A stretch of 63,998 nucleotides of DNA, filler included, from Ministeria vibrans ATCC 50519 (GCA_943704425.1; 7 parts of 7 records of this genome joined end to end with filler, not necessarily neighbours in it); one strand, 5' to 3'; positions 10,958-25,795 are shown, counted from the whole stretch's first letter. A program made the numbers and translations. Notes: generated by a model not told the origin, from the sequence alone.

Positions 10958-13549
10958 TTACACTTCAGTATCCTCTCCCTCACACTCATTCAAAAGCGGC
11001 GTCATCGGAATATCGGTTAAGGTAGCGGGAGTCGGGTCTCTGAAGTTAAGGAGCTGGCGCAGACGCCCGCCCTTGGGGGTGATGGCGGTCGTGCCATCGA
11101 TAAAGTCTGCCTCCTCTTCAGACTCACTCAAATCTACCACGACTGCTCCTCCGGCAGGATGCATCGGTACGTCTGTGGTGCACTGTGCTTCAGATTCAGA
11201 CGCCATGTCCGAGGCGGGGCGACGACGACGCGTGTCGGGCGACAGGGCCACCCGCACTGCCTCGGTCGCAGCAACATAGTGTGTTCGCTTCACCTGCAAC
11301 ACTAGTGCCTTGGTTGTGACCACCACATCGTAGTCGGGCACGTACTCCTTCGTCAACAACGCCGCTTCGCCCAACGTCGAAAAAGGTCCATACTCAAACA
11401 CGAAGTGATCGCGTCCCGCCACCACCTTACAATGGCCTTCGATCACAAGCGTAAAGACCGACGAGGCGCGTCCCGCAACGTACAACTGCAGATTCGATTC
11501 ACTGTCCGTCAGAGGGTCGAGCGACAGCACTTCAGACTGTTCCACCAGCTTGCGCAGAATAGCCTTGCTCAGCAACTTCTCATTGAAGGCTCCAACTTCT
11601 GCACATCCCATAAAACATAATAATATACAAAAGATGCACAAGAATGAGACAAGACCAACAAGGTCTTCGTTTTTGGGGTGAAGCGAACCGTTGGAGAGAA
11701 AGGAGAAGACGGCCACGCTGAGATGGTGCGACAGACGGGGCTTCTCGTCCACTTCGTGTGCATAGCGCGCCAGTGACGTCCCACCTGCACCCATTTCACC
11801 ACGTATCCTTGTCCCATCCACTCCATCTACACAAAACAATACAGTACAGTGTGAGTGCGTCCTCTTTTGCTTTGTCTCCTTCTTCTTTCGTTGTAGACCT
11901 GCGTGACGAATGTCCGTTTCGTCGAGAATCTCATCCTGAATGAGATCCTCAATAACATCCTCCATGGACACGACGCCAACCGTCTCGTAGAAGGGATCAC
12001 CGGGACCGTCCGTGTTGACACGGTGGACCACGGCAAGATGTGTGCGGCCCTTTTTGAACTCGGTGAGGATCTCGTTGAGGTGCATGTCGTCAAAGACGGT
12101 CATGACGGGGTGCTTGTAGTAGTTGATGACGGCCGAGATGGGCGTGCAGTGCTCGGGGTCGAGGAATGTCAGGTTGCGCGTGAGCAGGAGACCGACAATG
12201 TTGTTGCGGGTCGTCTCGAAGACGGGGATGCGCGAGTGACCACTGTCGACAATGCGTCGCATCGTTGGCAGGTCGAGACAGTCGTCGATGGGCACCATGA
12301 AGACTGCTTCGAGCGGCGTCATCACCTGCGCGACCGTCTTGGAGCTAAAGTCGAGTGCGCCTTCGACCAGGTTTACGTCGGCGTCGGCCAAGTCGTGCTG
12401 GCCGCGCGTCTCCTTGAGCAGCAGTTTGATCTCGTCACGATTGTACACGGTACCAATCTCTTTGCCGAGCACCCAGTCGAGCGTCTTGCTGATGGGCCAG
12501 CTGGCGGGCGCTGTGAGCACCATAAAGAACTTGGTGATCCAAATGGTGTGTGCGCCAATCCACAGACCGTGGCGTGAACACACGCTCTGGGGCACAATCT
12601 CACCGAAGACGACAATAGCGGCGGTGGAGCCAATAACGGCCGCAACGCCCGATGTGAGACCTCCCAGGATGGTTGTCAAGGTATTGTTCACCAGCACGTT
12701 GCCCAACAGAATGGTACACAACAGGTAGTTACCGCGTATGCGCACCGGATAGATCGTCTTGGCGTTGCGCTGTTGTGACGGCGTACCCGATTTCATAACA
12801 ATTTTGAGACCGGTCGTGTCGAGCGCCATGAGACCGAGATTGAGGCCGCTGAACATACCAGACATGACAAGGAGAAAAAGAAGCAGGATGATTTGCGCCC
12901 ATAGAGGAACCAGCGGGCCCGACACGGTCGTCGTCTGGACCACAAGCCAAGTGGCGTTGGAGGAGGGCGACATGCCATCAAGACAGAAATGGTACACTTG
13001 ATGCGGCGGCAACGAGATGTCGGCAAGCGCCGAGGAGCCATCGCCAGTCGCATCGTAGAGGGTTGTCGTCGAAAACAAGTCGACAAGGGTGCACTGGTCG
13101 GGCGAAAGGGAGAAGCTGAGCACGGTGGCGTCGGTAAGTTGGTCGCCGTAAAGACGAATGGTCTGCTGCGTGTCACCGGGCAAAGACCACACGCCCGCGG
13201 TGCTGAGTGCCACCGAGTCGAGGGTGATGGGCACCCAGCTGCCCAGGTCGGGCGACTGCGCCAGAGCTGTCGGCGAGAGCGACACAATCGACGTGATCGC
13301 GACAAGAACACTGAAAGTAAAACGAAAGAAAAAGAAAGAAAAAAAGAAAAAAAGGAAAAAAAAAAGGAGGGGAGAGAAGATGAGAGGATAGTGCGTCGGG
13401 GGAAGGGTGAGAGATGCAAGGGGCAGTTGGAGGCGGGCAAGGCGGGTGGAATTTCGGGCGGGATGGGAGCGAGTCATTCGGATTTGTCGTTGTTGAGCGC
13501 ACCTGAAAGCGCGACAGTGGCTGCGGCGTTGACCGCATATACTGAACAT
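10958..13549 (-). CDS. CNNM: CNNM/cyclin M metal (Mg2+) transporter (DUF21 + CBS pair + CNBH)
   Basis: SGMFSGLNLGLMALD, LLCTILLGNVLVN, FGEIVPQ, SGHSRIPVF, GPGDPFYE, EDVIEDLIQDEILDETD. Several introns are read through in frame. Confidence 0.93.
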   Translation of the reverse strand: MFSICGQRRSHCRAFRCAQQRQIRMTRSHPARNSTRLARLQLPLASLTLPPTHYPLIFSPLLFFFLFFFFSFFFFRFTFSVLVAITSIVSLSPTALAQSPDLGSWVPITLDSVALSTAGVWSLPGDTQQTIRLYGDQLTDATVLSFSLSPDQCTLVDLFSTTTLYDATGDGSSALADISLPPHQVYHFCLDGMSPSSNATWLVVQTTTVSGPLVPLWAQIILLLFLLVMSGMFSGLNLGLMALDTTGLKIVMKSGTPSQQRNAKTIYPVRIRGNYLLCTILLGNVLVNNTLTTILGGLTSGVAAVIGSTAAIVVFGEIVPQSVCSRHGLWIGAHTIWITKFFMVLTAPASWPISKTLDWVLGKEIGTVYNRDEIKLLLKETRGQHDLADADVNLVEGALDFSSKTVAQVMTPLEAVFMVPIDDCLDLPTMRRIVDSGHSRIPVFETTRNNIVGLLLTRNLTFLDPEHCTPISAVINYYKHPVMTVFDDMHLNEILTEFKKGRTHLAVVHRVNTDGPGDPFYETVGVVSMEDVIEDLIQDEILDETDIRHAGLQRKKKETKQKRTHSHCTVLFCVDGVDGTRIRGEMGAGGTSLARYAHEVDEKPRLSHHLSVAVFSFLSNGSLHPKNEDLVGLVSFLCIFCILLCFMGCAEVGAFNEKLLSKAILRKLVEQSEVLSLDPLTDSESNLQLYVAGRASSVFTLVIEGHCKVVAGRDHFVFEYGPFSTLGEAALLTKEYVPDYDVVVTTKALVLQVKRTHYVAATEAVRVALSPDTRRRRPASDMASESEAQCTTDVPMHPAGGAVVVDLSESEEEADFIDGTTAITPKGGRLRQLLNFRDPTPATLTDIPMTPLLNECEGEDTEV

Positions 13550-13796
13550 GCTCGTGTAGTGTTAGGGGGGGTGACAGTGAGAGAAGCCGAAAATTACTGA
13601 GGTGACTCAGGTCTGGTGAGTGATCTGTCATAGTAACTTAGTTTTGACTGACTAGCTTTCAATCTGAATCTGTGGAAGATTAGAAAAAAAAAATACGGAC
13701 CCAGACCAAGGATGAAGGGAGAGTCAACTCTGGACTGAGTGAACTCAGTGTCTCAGACTCTTAGTCACATGAGAACAAAGTAATTATTCGAGAGCT

Positions 13797-13857
<61 letters not shown>

Positions 13858-13939
13858 GTTGTACTAAGTAGGAAAGAAAAAAAAACGCACACACTTTCAA
13901 AGAACTGCGAACAGGACAGACAGAGAGAAAAAGAACGCT

Positions 13940-16052
13940 CTACTTTGCCTGAGGAAGTGAATTGCCAAGGTACTCCCAATTGTGGACCATGAGCTTCTGG
14001 ACGGCCACAAGAGCCTCGTAGCGCACTGTGCTGTCCTTGTGTGTCATATGGCGCATAATCGCCTGTTTCCCGTCGAACCGCTCAATCGCACTAGACCGAT
14101 ACAGAAAGAGAGATTGATTGATTGATTAATAAATCTCAAACAGACGCTCTGCTTTTGCTCTGGTGATTTGCACGAACTCACTCACAGTTCTCGACAACAG
14201 ATGATATTGACTCATTTTCTTACCGTTTTCCGTGTGTGTTGTGGCGGACACACTCACCAAGATCGTGACAGGCGACTGCGACGACAGTGGGATCCTCCGA
14301 CGACGCACACAACTCCACCAGAATCCTAAGTCACAAATGCTCAAAGTCAGGAGATGTATAAAAAGTGGTGTGTGGTTACTTGATAAGTTCAAAGTTGGAT
14401 TCGCCCAATCGCGGGCCATTCTCTGTCCAGAACTTGTCTGAGCGATGAACGGGCGTCCACTTGAGCTTGCCGCTGCGCACCTCAGTCGCATACTTGTCGA
14501 ACGAACTGCAACAATGCAAAGAATCGATATTTGAGTGTCGTGTACAAAAGGGAGGAAATGATACAAATTGAGTACAGATCAAACAGAGTTAACTATAGTT
14601 AACTATTGAGTCAGCGAGATTGAGACACAACTCATCTCCCCTCTCTATCACTTTGTTTCTTTCTCCTCTCTATCTATCTATCACTTGGTTTTTTCTCCTT
14701 TCTCACCTGAGTTCGTGCATCGCCTTCATCAGCTTGTCCTGCAGGAATGCAATGTCTTCGGCAATGTCCTCATCGGCCCACTGCTTTGCCGCAGCCAGTT
14801 TGATGATGGTCGGCACATTGAATGTGACCATAGCGGCCGCATTGTTACTCGCCTGAGTCACACACGTCAATTTCGACTCAATCTATCTCAACTTTGTTTC
14901 TTTTTGTACCTTTGTTGTGTTGAGCTTGTCCTCTTGCTCTGTCTCAAACTCCTTCTCGAGCATATTACGGAAAAGCGAGAAGACAATGCGCGTCACCTTC
15001 TCCTTGTTGGTGGACTTGAGAACATCGACCAGAGTGGGCACAATGCTGTGGCGCGCAATGTGTGCAGAGCAGTGGCGGTTGAACAGGAGCAGCCAGAAAC
15101 AGAAGATAATCTGGTACTGCGCTTGGAAGAGAGGTCCCGCGGTGCTTCGCGATGTCAGAAGTGAAATCAGTCTGAAGAGAAGGAAAAATACAATGTTCAG
15201 TCCGAATCTCTCTACCACTTTGTTTCTCTCTCTCTATCACTTTGTTTCTCTCTCTCTATCACTTTGTTTCTCTCTCTCTCTNNNNNNTCTCTCTCTCTAT
15301 CACTTTGTTTCTTTCTCCTCTCTATCACTTTGTTTTTTTCTCCTCTCTATCACTTTGTTTTCTTCTCCTCTCTATCACTTTTTGTTTTTTTCTCCTCTCT
15401 CTCTCTGTTTTGGTTTACCCTTGGACTGTGTGAGGCTGCTCGAAGAACGGAATTCGATAGGCGTCGTTGCGCAGCAGCAACATGAGACCCGCGACCAGCT
15501 CAAAGACGTAAACGTCCGTTGTGGCGTTCTCCAGGCGTTTGTTGATCCACATCATAAACTGATGGATCTTCGACGCCTGTGCAGTTGCAAAAGAAAAAAA
15601 GCAGATTGGATCAACAACAGCGAGAAAGAGAAAAAGAAAGAAAAACACAAAAAGAAAAGAAAAAAAAAGCGTACCGACATGGTGTAGCGAGAGGCGGAGA
15701 GACGGCAGAGAATCATGTAGCTCTTGAAGACGACAAATTCATCGTTGTTGTGCAGCAGACCCAGAAAGGGTTCCCAGGGACTGTCGGGGCCCGCACCGTC
15801 GGCAGCCTGCAGCGTGGCCGCCGTGCAGACGCCGTCGACCATGAGCTCGTCGACCATGTTGAGGACATTCTGCAGCACGTCCGTCTTCTTCGTTTTGGAC
15901 AGCAGTGAAAGGAAAAGGCCCGCAAAGACTGGTCCTTCCGTCTCCATCAGCTTGCGCTACACAACGCCAAATCGCATTCGCGAGACCCGTTAGACCACTT
16001 CAACGAGTACATGCGGCAGCCACAGTAGTCGCCAGTGTCATCGTGCACTAAT

Positions 16053-16083
<31 letters not shown>

Positions 16084-16579
16084 CTCGTTTCTCTCTTCTT
16101 CTCTCGAGCACAAACGAACCTGTGTTGCGTAGCCCTTGCCATCAAAGCGCGTAATGAGGTCGTGCTCGTGGCCCGAGATGATGTTAGCCCTAGGGGGAGG
16201 CGGCGGGGGGATGAGAAGACGCGGGGGAGAGCGAGAGAGAGAGAGAGAGAGAGAGTGAGAGTGAGGAGAGAGGGGATGGGAAAGTGAGAGTTTCGAGAGT
16301 GCTGTCGTTTGATGACAAGCAGTAAGATAGAACGAAAAAAAAAGATAGAGAGAGAGAGGCGGAGGATAGGGGACGGGGCAGGCACCTGGCATAGCCATCC
16401 CAGGCAACTGTACGCTGGCGGGCCTTCTTGGCGGTGTCGGCAAGCAGAGCAGAGCCGTTGAGTGTGCCGGTCGCCGTCGATGTCGAGGGCGCCGAGTACG
16501 TCTCGGCCGAATCGATGGCACCCTCGGCACCCGAGCCGTACAGGTCGTCGTCGTCGCTGACAGCGCGGTAACCAGACAT
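13940..16579 (-). CDS. ATP6V1H: V-ATPase V1 subunit H (multi-exon)
   Basis: [81 protein letters not shown]. Confidence 0.93.
15205..15405. repeat. Intronic minisatellite (CTCTATCACTTTGTTT-type)
   Basis: Repeated ctctatcactttgttt units. The same unit occurs at ~14641, 20909, 32063, 47735 and 63896. Confidence 0.85.
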
Positions 16580-16769
16580 ACTAATAGAATAAAAGTAACA
16601 AAAAATAAAAATCAATCAAATAAGTGATCAAGTATCAATCGTCACTCACAAGTCCCAAGCCTACTGACTGTAGCCCACTAATCACTCTTGTTTATATAGA
16701 TATATATATATATATATATATTATCAGAGGACAGCTCGTCTTGAACCTTGAGACGTGTCGCGTGCCAGC

Positions 16770-17921
16770 ATGTTATTGATTGCGCGTCTGTGGAATGCGT
16801 CACGCTGCAGTCTGACAGCGAAGAGTATGAGCTGTGCACTGCGCGCACCGCCGCCTTCCTCCTTACCAGTGTCCGCGTCGACCCCCGCAATGCGACCGGT
16901 GCGCCGCCGCTTCGCCAGCGATGCAGCACCGTCCAGTAAAGTGCACAAAGCCGATGGGATCGCAACGAAATCGAGTCAGCCCAGTGCGTTGTCGACTGCG
17001 CGAAAAGTTGTCGTGCAAGGCACCAAAGACGTGGTACGTATCGCTTGGGTGTGCTCTCCTTGACCTTGTCCCTGCCCGTCGAGTATGCGGTCGACCAGCG
17101 CGCGATGCTCTCACTGCTTTTTTTCTTTTTTGACACACGAGCTGAGTTTTGCCGTTTTTTTCTTTTAACCTTTCCAGAGCTATCTCGGTTTGTTTGTGGG
17201 CGGTCTGGCGCTTGCTGGCTTCCTTCTGTACTCGGTTGCATCTGAGCTTGTGTCGAGCGACACGCCGACGTCAATTTACACAAACTCACTCAAACGTGTT
17301 GAAGAAGATGAGACGGTAACACACAAACATACAATCATTGTGTGTGAATCATTATGATTGTGTATGTATATTGTCAATCAGTGTGTCTGAATCATTATGA
17401 TTGCGTGTGTATTGTAGGTGAAAGAACTGGTCGGAGAGCCCATTAAAGCTTTTGGGGAGCGGACACGAAGAGGCCGCCGAAGACACGTGCAGTCGACAGA
17501 GTATGTGGTGGGCGAGCGCGAATACATCCGCCTCAAGTACTACATCAAGGGCCCGCGCGACTCAGGCACAGTTCACGTTGAAATGCGAAGGGTAACCATA
17601 TACCTCTTTATAGAACTAAATATCAAGAGAGAGTCTCTTTATCGAACTAAATATCAAAAGAGAGAGAGACGAGGCGAGAGTCTCTTTATAGACCTAAATA
17701 TCAAGAGAGACAGGGCGAGAGAGAAAGACATAAAATAGGACTAGGTGTTCTATTTCTGATAACGAGAGAGAGACATAAAATAGGACCAGTTGTACTAATT
17801 TTTATCAATCTATCATATTTTATAGTTTCCTGGTGAAGCGTATGAGTATCGCTATTTGTTTGTCGAGGTTCCAGGCGATGGTCTTCCCTCGCGCAATGTT
17901 ACAATTATCAATGAAGGTTAA
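16770..17921 (+). CDS. TIMM21: Mitochondrial import protein Tim21 (4 exons)
   Basis: Presequence-like N-terminus, one TM, GEPIKAFGERTRRGRRRHV...LKYYIKGP...GTVHVEM...YEYRYLFVEV. Confidence 0.88.
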
Positions 17922-17999
17922 AGAAAAAAAAGTTAAAAGTGAAGTGAGAAGCGTGTATTGTGTGATAATGGACATTAGTATAATAATTATTATGATTAA

Positions 18000-20263
18000 T
18001 TATGTGTGTCTGTTGAGTTCTTCGGTGAGCACCTGTGCGGTTCCGCCGGGCATGTGCGGTTCTTTGGACATCTTGAGGATTTGTGATTCTAGATGATATT
18101 AGTAGAGTGTGAGGTGGGTGAGTGTGAAGCAATTGTGAGAGTATATTAATTTCTTTCGAATTACCCAAATCAACAGTCCAATAATTGACCTAATAAAGTT
18201 CAAAAGTAATCTCAGTATATGTACATACGTATGATGTTGATTACCATCAGACATTTCTCAATGTTGACAATCTGGTGAGCCCAACCGGTTGGAAGAAAGA
18301 GCATTTCACCCGGATTCAGCACAACATCAAGGCGACTGAGAAAGAGAAAGAGAGAGAGATTAATAAACATTCAGAGTCAGTGTCAGCTTGAAAACTTAAA
18401 GAAGAGAAAGTTGAAAGACTACTTATAATTAGAACGTAAAAATATAAACAGAGAAGGAGTCACACACTCACGCTAAGATTATGCGTCGTACTGAGCATTC
18501 TTAAAGAGGGGAAACTTCTTATAATCAACATCGGGCTGAGTGGCATCAATGGGAGCCCACTGGAGTCGACTACCGCCCGTGTACAGATAGGGCCGGTCGG
18601 TGTGTGCGTACAGGATAAAGTGCTTGCGTCCCAGTAGTTGGAAGATGAAGTTGTCCTGAAAAAACGACATTTTAGTTTGAGACAGTTATATAGGTAAGCG
18701 ACAGTGAGTGGTGTGTGAGAATTGCAAGTGATGTGTGCGACTTTCGGCGATTAAGAAACAGTGAGAGGCTATTTTATACGTGCGTGTAAGAGAATGAATG
18801 ATCATGAGTGGGTGAGTGCATTTGTGTACGACTTGTATGAGAAAGATTGGATGTTTCGGATATACTATGATTAAATTATTTTGATTATTTCACAATGACT
18901 GTGTCTTACTCGTCCATCCATATGAAGAGGTGTTGCTGATCCAGCTGCGCCCAACCTAACAACACACAGTACGTGTGCACACACATTAGAACAAAAAAAA
19001 AGTTCAATCAATCAACGACAAAGATTTCTCTCTAGATCTCTCCTATTATGTAATCCCTGACTTTGTTTCTTACTTCTCTCTTCTCTTTCTTCTTAAATAT
19101 ATTCTCCCTCTCTGTTTCCCTCTTTTCTTCCTATATAGGCCTCTCTCCATTTCTTCTCTTCCTCTCACTCTCGCAGTCGACGTCGTACCACATTGTTGGC
19201 TTCAAGAACGTCTTCCGAGGATACTCCATAGGCAGACGAAGCCCTAACCGATCCGTAAACGTATCAGACAGTGGGATTTTCCCCATGTACGCGGAGCCTT
19301 TGTCGCCGGTGCTTGGTTTCCAGTCGAGCACTTGCGAGATGTTCATTGTCATGGTGGGCGGTCGCTTTGGGACCAACTGCGATGGGTTTTTAATCTCGTC
19401 TGGTCGACTGTACGTCGAGTCGGGTCGTGTTGGAAAGGTCTCGCTAATACAATAAGAGAGCAATCAGACCTTTTTTTGCACAGCCAATCATTTTCATTGT
19501 GTTTTACCCTCCAAACTTGGCACGAAACCCAGTCCACGTTAAAGATTTTGCTGGAGAGCCATCCAGTGCACTTGTAATGACAAATGGAAGGCCCAGACGT
19601 CCGTAAAAGTTCTCAAAATCGTCTGGAGTCATGCGAGGAATGCGAAGGACCTGCCAAAATACGGGAGACGTATAAGACAAGCAGTAAAAACACAATGTCT
19701 TATACTCGCACCTTATTCAACTTGATTGGAGTGCGATAGGCAATAAAAAGCTCGTTGAAAAAGTCGTGGTTCTCCTTGTGCGTCATCTCGTTCAAGCGCG
19801 AGAAGTGGCGATCAACGTCATTCACTGTCAAGAAAAAGTCGCACAGTTTAATAAAAAAGGGTTTCAACGATATGACGCGCTACTCAAACAGACTCGTCTT
19901 ACGTGCAATGACTCTGTCGTGGCTATTGCCGTTGTTGTCGGCACGGCGTTCGGCGGCCTCGTTGCGCTCGGCGGCCTCCCGCGGGCTCTCGTCGGGCGCA
20001 ACTGAGTCGTCGAGCCGTTCCGCCTTCCTCTGCTCAAGCTGCTCCTCGAGGTCGGCAATCTCTTTCTGCAGACGACTCAAGGCGGCATTGTGTACGTCGA
20101 GCGACACAGAGCGCGCTTCGGCGGTCGTTGTTAGGCTGGAACTCGGAGGGAGAGACGGGCTGTCCTGTCTCGACGCCTGTTGAGCATAGAACAGGCCAAG
20201 AAGGGAGCACACCACCACCAACGCCACCACAGGGGTTACGGCTTTCTTATTCCAACTTAGCAT
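18000..20263 (-). CDS. JmjC/cupin-8 hydroxylase with N-terminal membrane anchor and coiled coil
   Basis: MWLGAAGSATPLHMDGR (HxD), DNFIFQLLGRKHF, LNPGEMLFLPTGWAHQI (distal His); N-terminal hydrophobic segment. Confidence 0.8.
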
Positions 20264-20537
20264 AATTGAAAACAGAAAAAGTGATGGTGAAATAATTATT
20301 ACAACAGTGAACGAGTCAATTTGACAATAATTATTCACGTTCAAGTTTGTATCAATTCAAATGAAGAAGAACAGTCACCACCGATACTCACTGTCCGATA
20401 GGTCTATTCACCCAAACTCCAAAGACACATCGGTCAGCAAAACATCAATCACATCATTGTCTGTCTACTCTATTTGGAGATGAGTGCGGTTTGGATTTCA
20501 ATTTTCATTTAATGAATCATTATTTTAGTCTTTCATT

Positions 20538-21742
<1,205 letters not shown>

Positions 21743-21859
21743 ATAGTGCAAAACATGACCATTTTGTGTGTGCACCTCACTGTGTGAGAGAAGAAAAGTC
21801 GAGGTGTGTGTGTGTGTGTGACACACATACAGTTTAAGAGAGATTGCACCTTCTCATTG

Positions 21860-23083
21860 TCAGTCCGGAGTAGACAATCTGAGAATAAGCTCGTAGGACG
21901 CAAAGGCAATTGCACTTGCAGTGGCCGTCTTGAGCACTGCAGGTGTCGCACCGCGGTAGAGCGCACGGACGCCACCTTCATGGCGGATGATGTGGCGGGC
22001 TGTCTGGAGAAGAGACATGGATTGACGGGTGGTGTGCTGTCCCATTGGCTGTAGCTGTGTGACCTGGTGGCGTCGCTTGATGAGGTCTAAGGGGAGCACT
22101 GTTGTTTTTGAGATGACTCCCGCTGTCCATCCTGCATTGAATGTGTCACTTGCTTGTTCATCGCGCTCATTCTCTTTCTCTCTGCGTACCTGAGAGGACT
22201 GCGAGTGCAATGTGCGGCTCGTCTGTGCCTGTGCAGGTAAGACGACGTGCTGTGCTCATGAGGTGCTCGTACACCATGAAGCTGATGCCAATGGTGGGTC
22301 CTACGATGTGGATGAGAATTAATTCGAAACTTCTCTTGTTTGTTGTGGGGGGTAAGGGGTACCGACGAGTAAGAGGGAAGGAGTGAGACCGCGATAGAAA
22401 CCGGCGAGCCCCTCATGGCGTAGAATAGCTTTGGCTGTCGTGACAAACTGGAGGGAACCAAGTCCCGGTCGACTTTGGTCGTTTGCGGCGAGTTTGGTGC
22501 GGAGCAGATCAAGAGGATAGGTGGTGGCAGTGGCAATGGTGCCGCCTAGAAAGCCAATGCAGAATGACTGATGCGCCATCATGTGTTTACTCTCCGTCAA
22601 CTCCTTCCAAAAGGCAAAAGCAATGTTAAAGTAGCGTTAAGAGCGTCATGATAACAATGAGGGCCCTTTCTGAGTGTGGCACCTTGAGTTTCTTGAAGGT
22701 GGAGAACTGCACGGCGCCGTATGAGGCGTACAAAAGAAGACCGGCAAAGTTGCCCTTCCACAGTGCCAGGAGACCGCCTTCCGACTGCGCAATGGTGCGC
22801 AGCGCCTGCCGAATGCCTGTGTAGCGCGGTGCCTCTCCGTCGGAGGGTGCTTTGACGGCTGTCCGTTGCAGTTGGAAGCGGATCTACTCCACACGCGAGA
22901 AAATGACAGAAGAGTCACACGAAGATCACACTTGAATGAAAAAAAACCTCTTCTCCTTTGCATATCGCTCCCTGGGCATACCTTGAGCACATCCAACGGC
23001 GCAACCACCATACGACTGGCGATCCCCGAGAGGAACCCAGCCACAGCCGGCACTGACCAGTGGTGCTTCGTCTCTTCGCCCAT
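21860..23083 (-). CDS. SLC25A19: Mitochondrial carrier, thiamine pyrophosphate carrier-like
   Basis: Three PxDxxK/R signatures (VAPLDVLKIRFQLQ, TYPLDLLRT, VLPLDLIKRR). ALWKGN...YGAVQF is typical of SLC25A19/TPC1. Confidence 0.8.
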
Positions 23084-23268
23084 GAATCCGCTTCCAAGGG
23101 GAACCCCAACAGTCCAGAGCCGCTCAATACGGTGGTAGAAGCCGCAAATTGTATAATATATGCGGGGTCAGTGAGAGAAGAAACGAATGATTGAATGTCA
23201 AAATTGTGTGTGTGAAAGATAAATATTCGATTTCTTTTTCATTTGTTTTTTGCGCAACGGCATTGAAA

Positions 23269-24531
23269 ATGATTGGAAGATTACAGCTTCTGGGGACCAG
23301 TTCACGACTGTTGAGCACTGTGGCGGCACAGACGCCTCTCGGGTAAGTGGATTTGACTTGCAAACGTTTTCGTCCCAACTTCCCAACAAACGAGATGGCG
23401 GCCACCACAAGAGGCCCTATTGCGTCCATTACATCACATACATGCGTAGAAGACCGTTGAACGCATGCGCGGTCCTTGAGAGAGTCTATTTCTTTTGCAT
23501 CAAATGCAGAAACTAATCATAACGTCTCTTGTCGTTTTGTGCAGCTCCTCACTGACCAAACCCGTCTGTGTGGTCATCAGCTGGATGGGTGCAAAACAAA
23601 AGTACATCAAGAAGTACAAGGAGCACTACGATGCAAAGGTGAGAGTTGGGAGTTGGTATATATATGATCTATATAGAGTCTACAACCCATTAATTATTAA
23701 TGATCTATAGCAAAAGGAATAGAATTTTTAATATATTTTGCATTTTAGGGTTTTGAGACCATTCAATTTTCCCCGGTAGCTCGCGATGTCTTGAGTCCCT
23801 CGTATGGTCGTGCTCGATCATTGGCGCTTGTTGAGAAACTGTCTTCGCCCGCATTTGAGGGTCGTCCTATTGTATTTCACTGTTTCTCCACTGGCGGATA
23901 CATTATGGGCTCGATTCTGGACAACATTGAGCGCAGTGGCAAAGACGAACACCAAAGAGTAACCAAAAACACAAACGAAAGAAACATTCTGTCGTGGACA
24001 CTAATTGAAGAAATATTATTAAATTTGTAGTTGGTCTTTGAACAGACAAAAGCACAAGTGTACGACAGTGTCGTCGACTGGCACGGTGTGACGTACGGAC
24101 TGCCCCGCGCCGTCTTCCCTGGGCGACCCACTCTCCAGCGCAGTGCCACAGCCCTCCTTGACGCCATGGTCAGCGTTGCACGTCCCCTCAAAGACCATTG
24201 GGTCCATTGCTGTGAGTAGATTTTTCATAGTGACACTCTCTTTCTTTTTTTTCATATTATTTACTCACTCTTTCTTTGTGGTTATCTCCTAGCGAATCAC
24301 TTTCATAACAACATCATCACGTCACCTTCGCTCTTCTTCTACTCGCGCAACGATCCCATCGCAACGCCACACAACATTGAGACGGTCATCGACAAGTGGC
24401 GCAAACAAGGCCATAACAGTGTCCTTCAGGTCGCATGGGAGGACTCTCCACACGTCGCTCATGCTCAAAAGTACCCTCAGGAGTACTGGGGTACTCTTGA
24501 TTCCTTTTTGGAGGAGAATTTACAAAAGTGA
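23269..24531 (+). CDS. TMEM53: TMEM53/DUF829 alpha/beta-hydrolase-fold protein
   Basis: VISWMGAKQKYIKKY, IVFHCFSTGG, VYDS, LFFYSRND, SPHVAHAQKYPQEY. Confidence 0.82.
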
Positions 24532-24669
24532 ATGAATAAAATACTGATCTCAAATGTGTGTAACCGAAAACGAATCAAAGGAGTCTTTGTCGTCATCGTC
24601 GTGATTGCTGTTTATCATGATACATTTGCATTTTGTACAGTACAGATGAATGAGAAGAGAGGGAATGCG

Positions 24670-24986
24670 TCATTGGCTAAAGACTTCAATCTGCAAAAGG
24701 AAAAGACGAACTTTGAGCGATTTCCGTCACACACACACACACTCTCTCTCTCTCGCTCTCTTGTCTGCAATACCACTTCCTCGTCCTGCGAACTCGCCTC
24801 GCTCTGCTGGCTGGCACTGGCGTCGGCGTGGTCGGGCGCAGTGAGTGCGTCTTGGACGTGTTGCGGCACGCGCAGACGCACGCCGCCACTCTCGCGGTAC
24901 GCCTTCTCAACCCCGTCCCTCGAACCCGTCTGCAGATACCCCAGTGCCTTGGCGACGTCCACGTCCGCCGCCGTATGCGATGCCAT
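24670..24986 (-). CDS. Small hypothetical protein (~77 aa, 2 exons)
   Basis: GC-rich exon MASHTAAD...QDEEV plus a short terminal exon IEVFSQ*. No recognisable motif. Confidence 0.5.
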
Positions 24987-25204
24987 TGACTCAAACTGAA
25001 AATGTTTGAGTTTTTGATCTTGAATAATGAATTCCCTTTGAATAGCGATCAGTCAGTGTGTGGCAGCCACTGGCAATGATCCACTCGCCAGCCTACAGGG
25101 AGCAGCGCCAACTGTGACCTGAGTCAGTGGTCACTGGACAGTGAGTCTATTCTGTCTACTCCATCGTCAGTTTTTTGATTGAATGAATGACATAAAAAAA
25201 GAAA

Positions 25205-25237
<33 letters not shown>

Positions 25238-25795
25238 TACCTGATTGCCTCACTCTCTGTAGAAAACCCGTGAGCGCCCCTTTTGCGTTCCCGCTTCCCC
25301 CGCCAGTGCAGACAGTCTTGTTTGTATACCCACCCCAGCCCAGCTCCCCGCCTTGCAGTCGCTTGCCTTCCGCTTCTTTTGCGCTTTTTCACCGTTTCGC
25401 TGAGAAAGAATCGCCCTTTGTCCTCTGAAAGTCGCTTGTTTCGTCGCTGCGCCTTCTCACCCCGCTCCCCCTTTCGCAACCATCGCTTGCCCCCTCAGTT
25501 TTATGTTTATTTCTGGCAAAGGAAAGCTGTCAAAGCACCAGTCGCTGAGTAAATTGCCCGAAGAAGCAGAAGTCGACCACTTTTGCTGCAATCCCCATCC
25601 CAATCCCAAACCGTGGTGTTGAAGAAGCCGCACCTCTCCAGCCCCAAACACACGCATACACACACACACACACCCACACGGCCGCTTTACCCTCAGTTGA
25701 CTGGTGCTTTGCCTCTCCTCTTCGCACACAACAAACACCAACAGCGCGCGACCTGAGTCAGTGTTTCTCGCCGTCGACCGCCACATTGCATCATC

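Noticed and set aside
3118-16579. Two V-ATPase genes within 13 kb as a functional cluster
   Set aside because: Five unrelated genes lie between them; compatible with chance.
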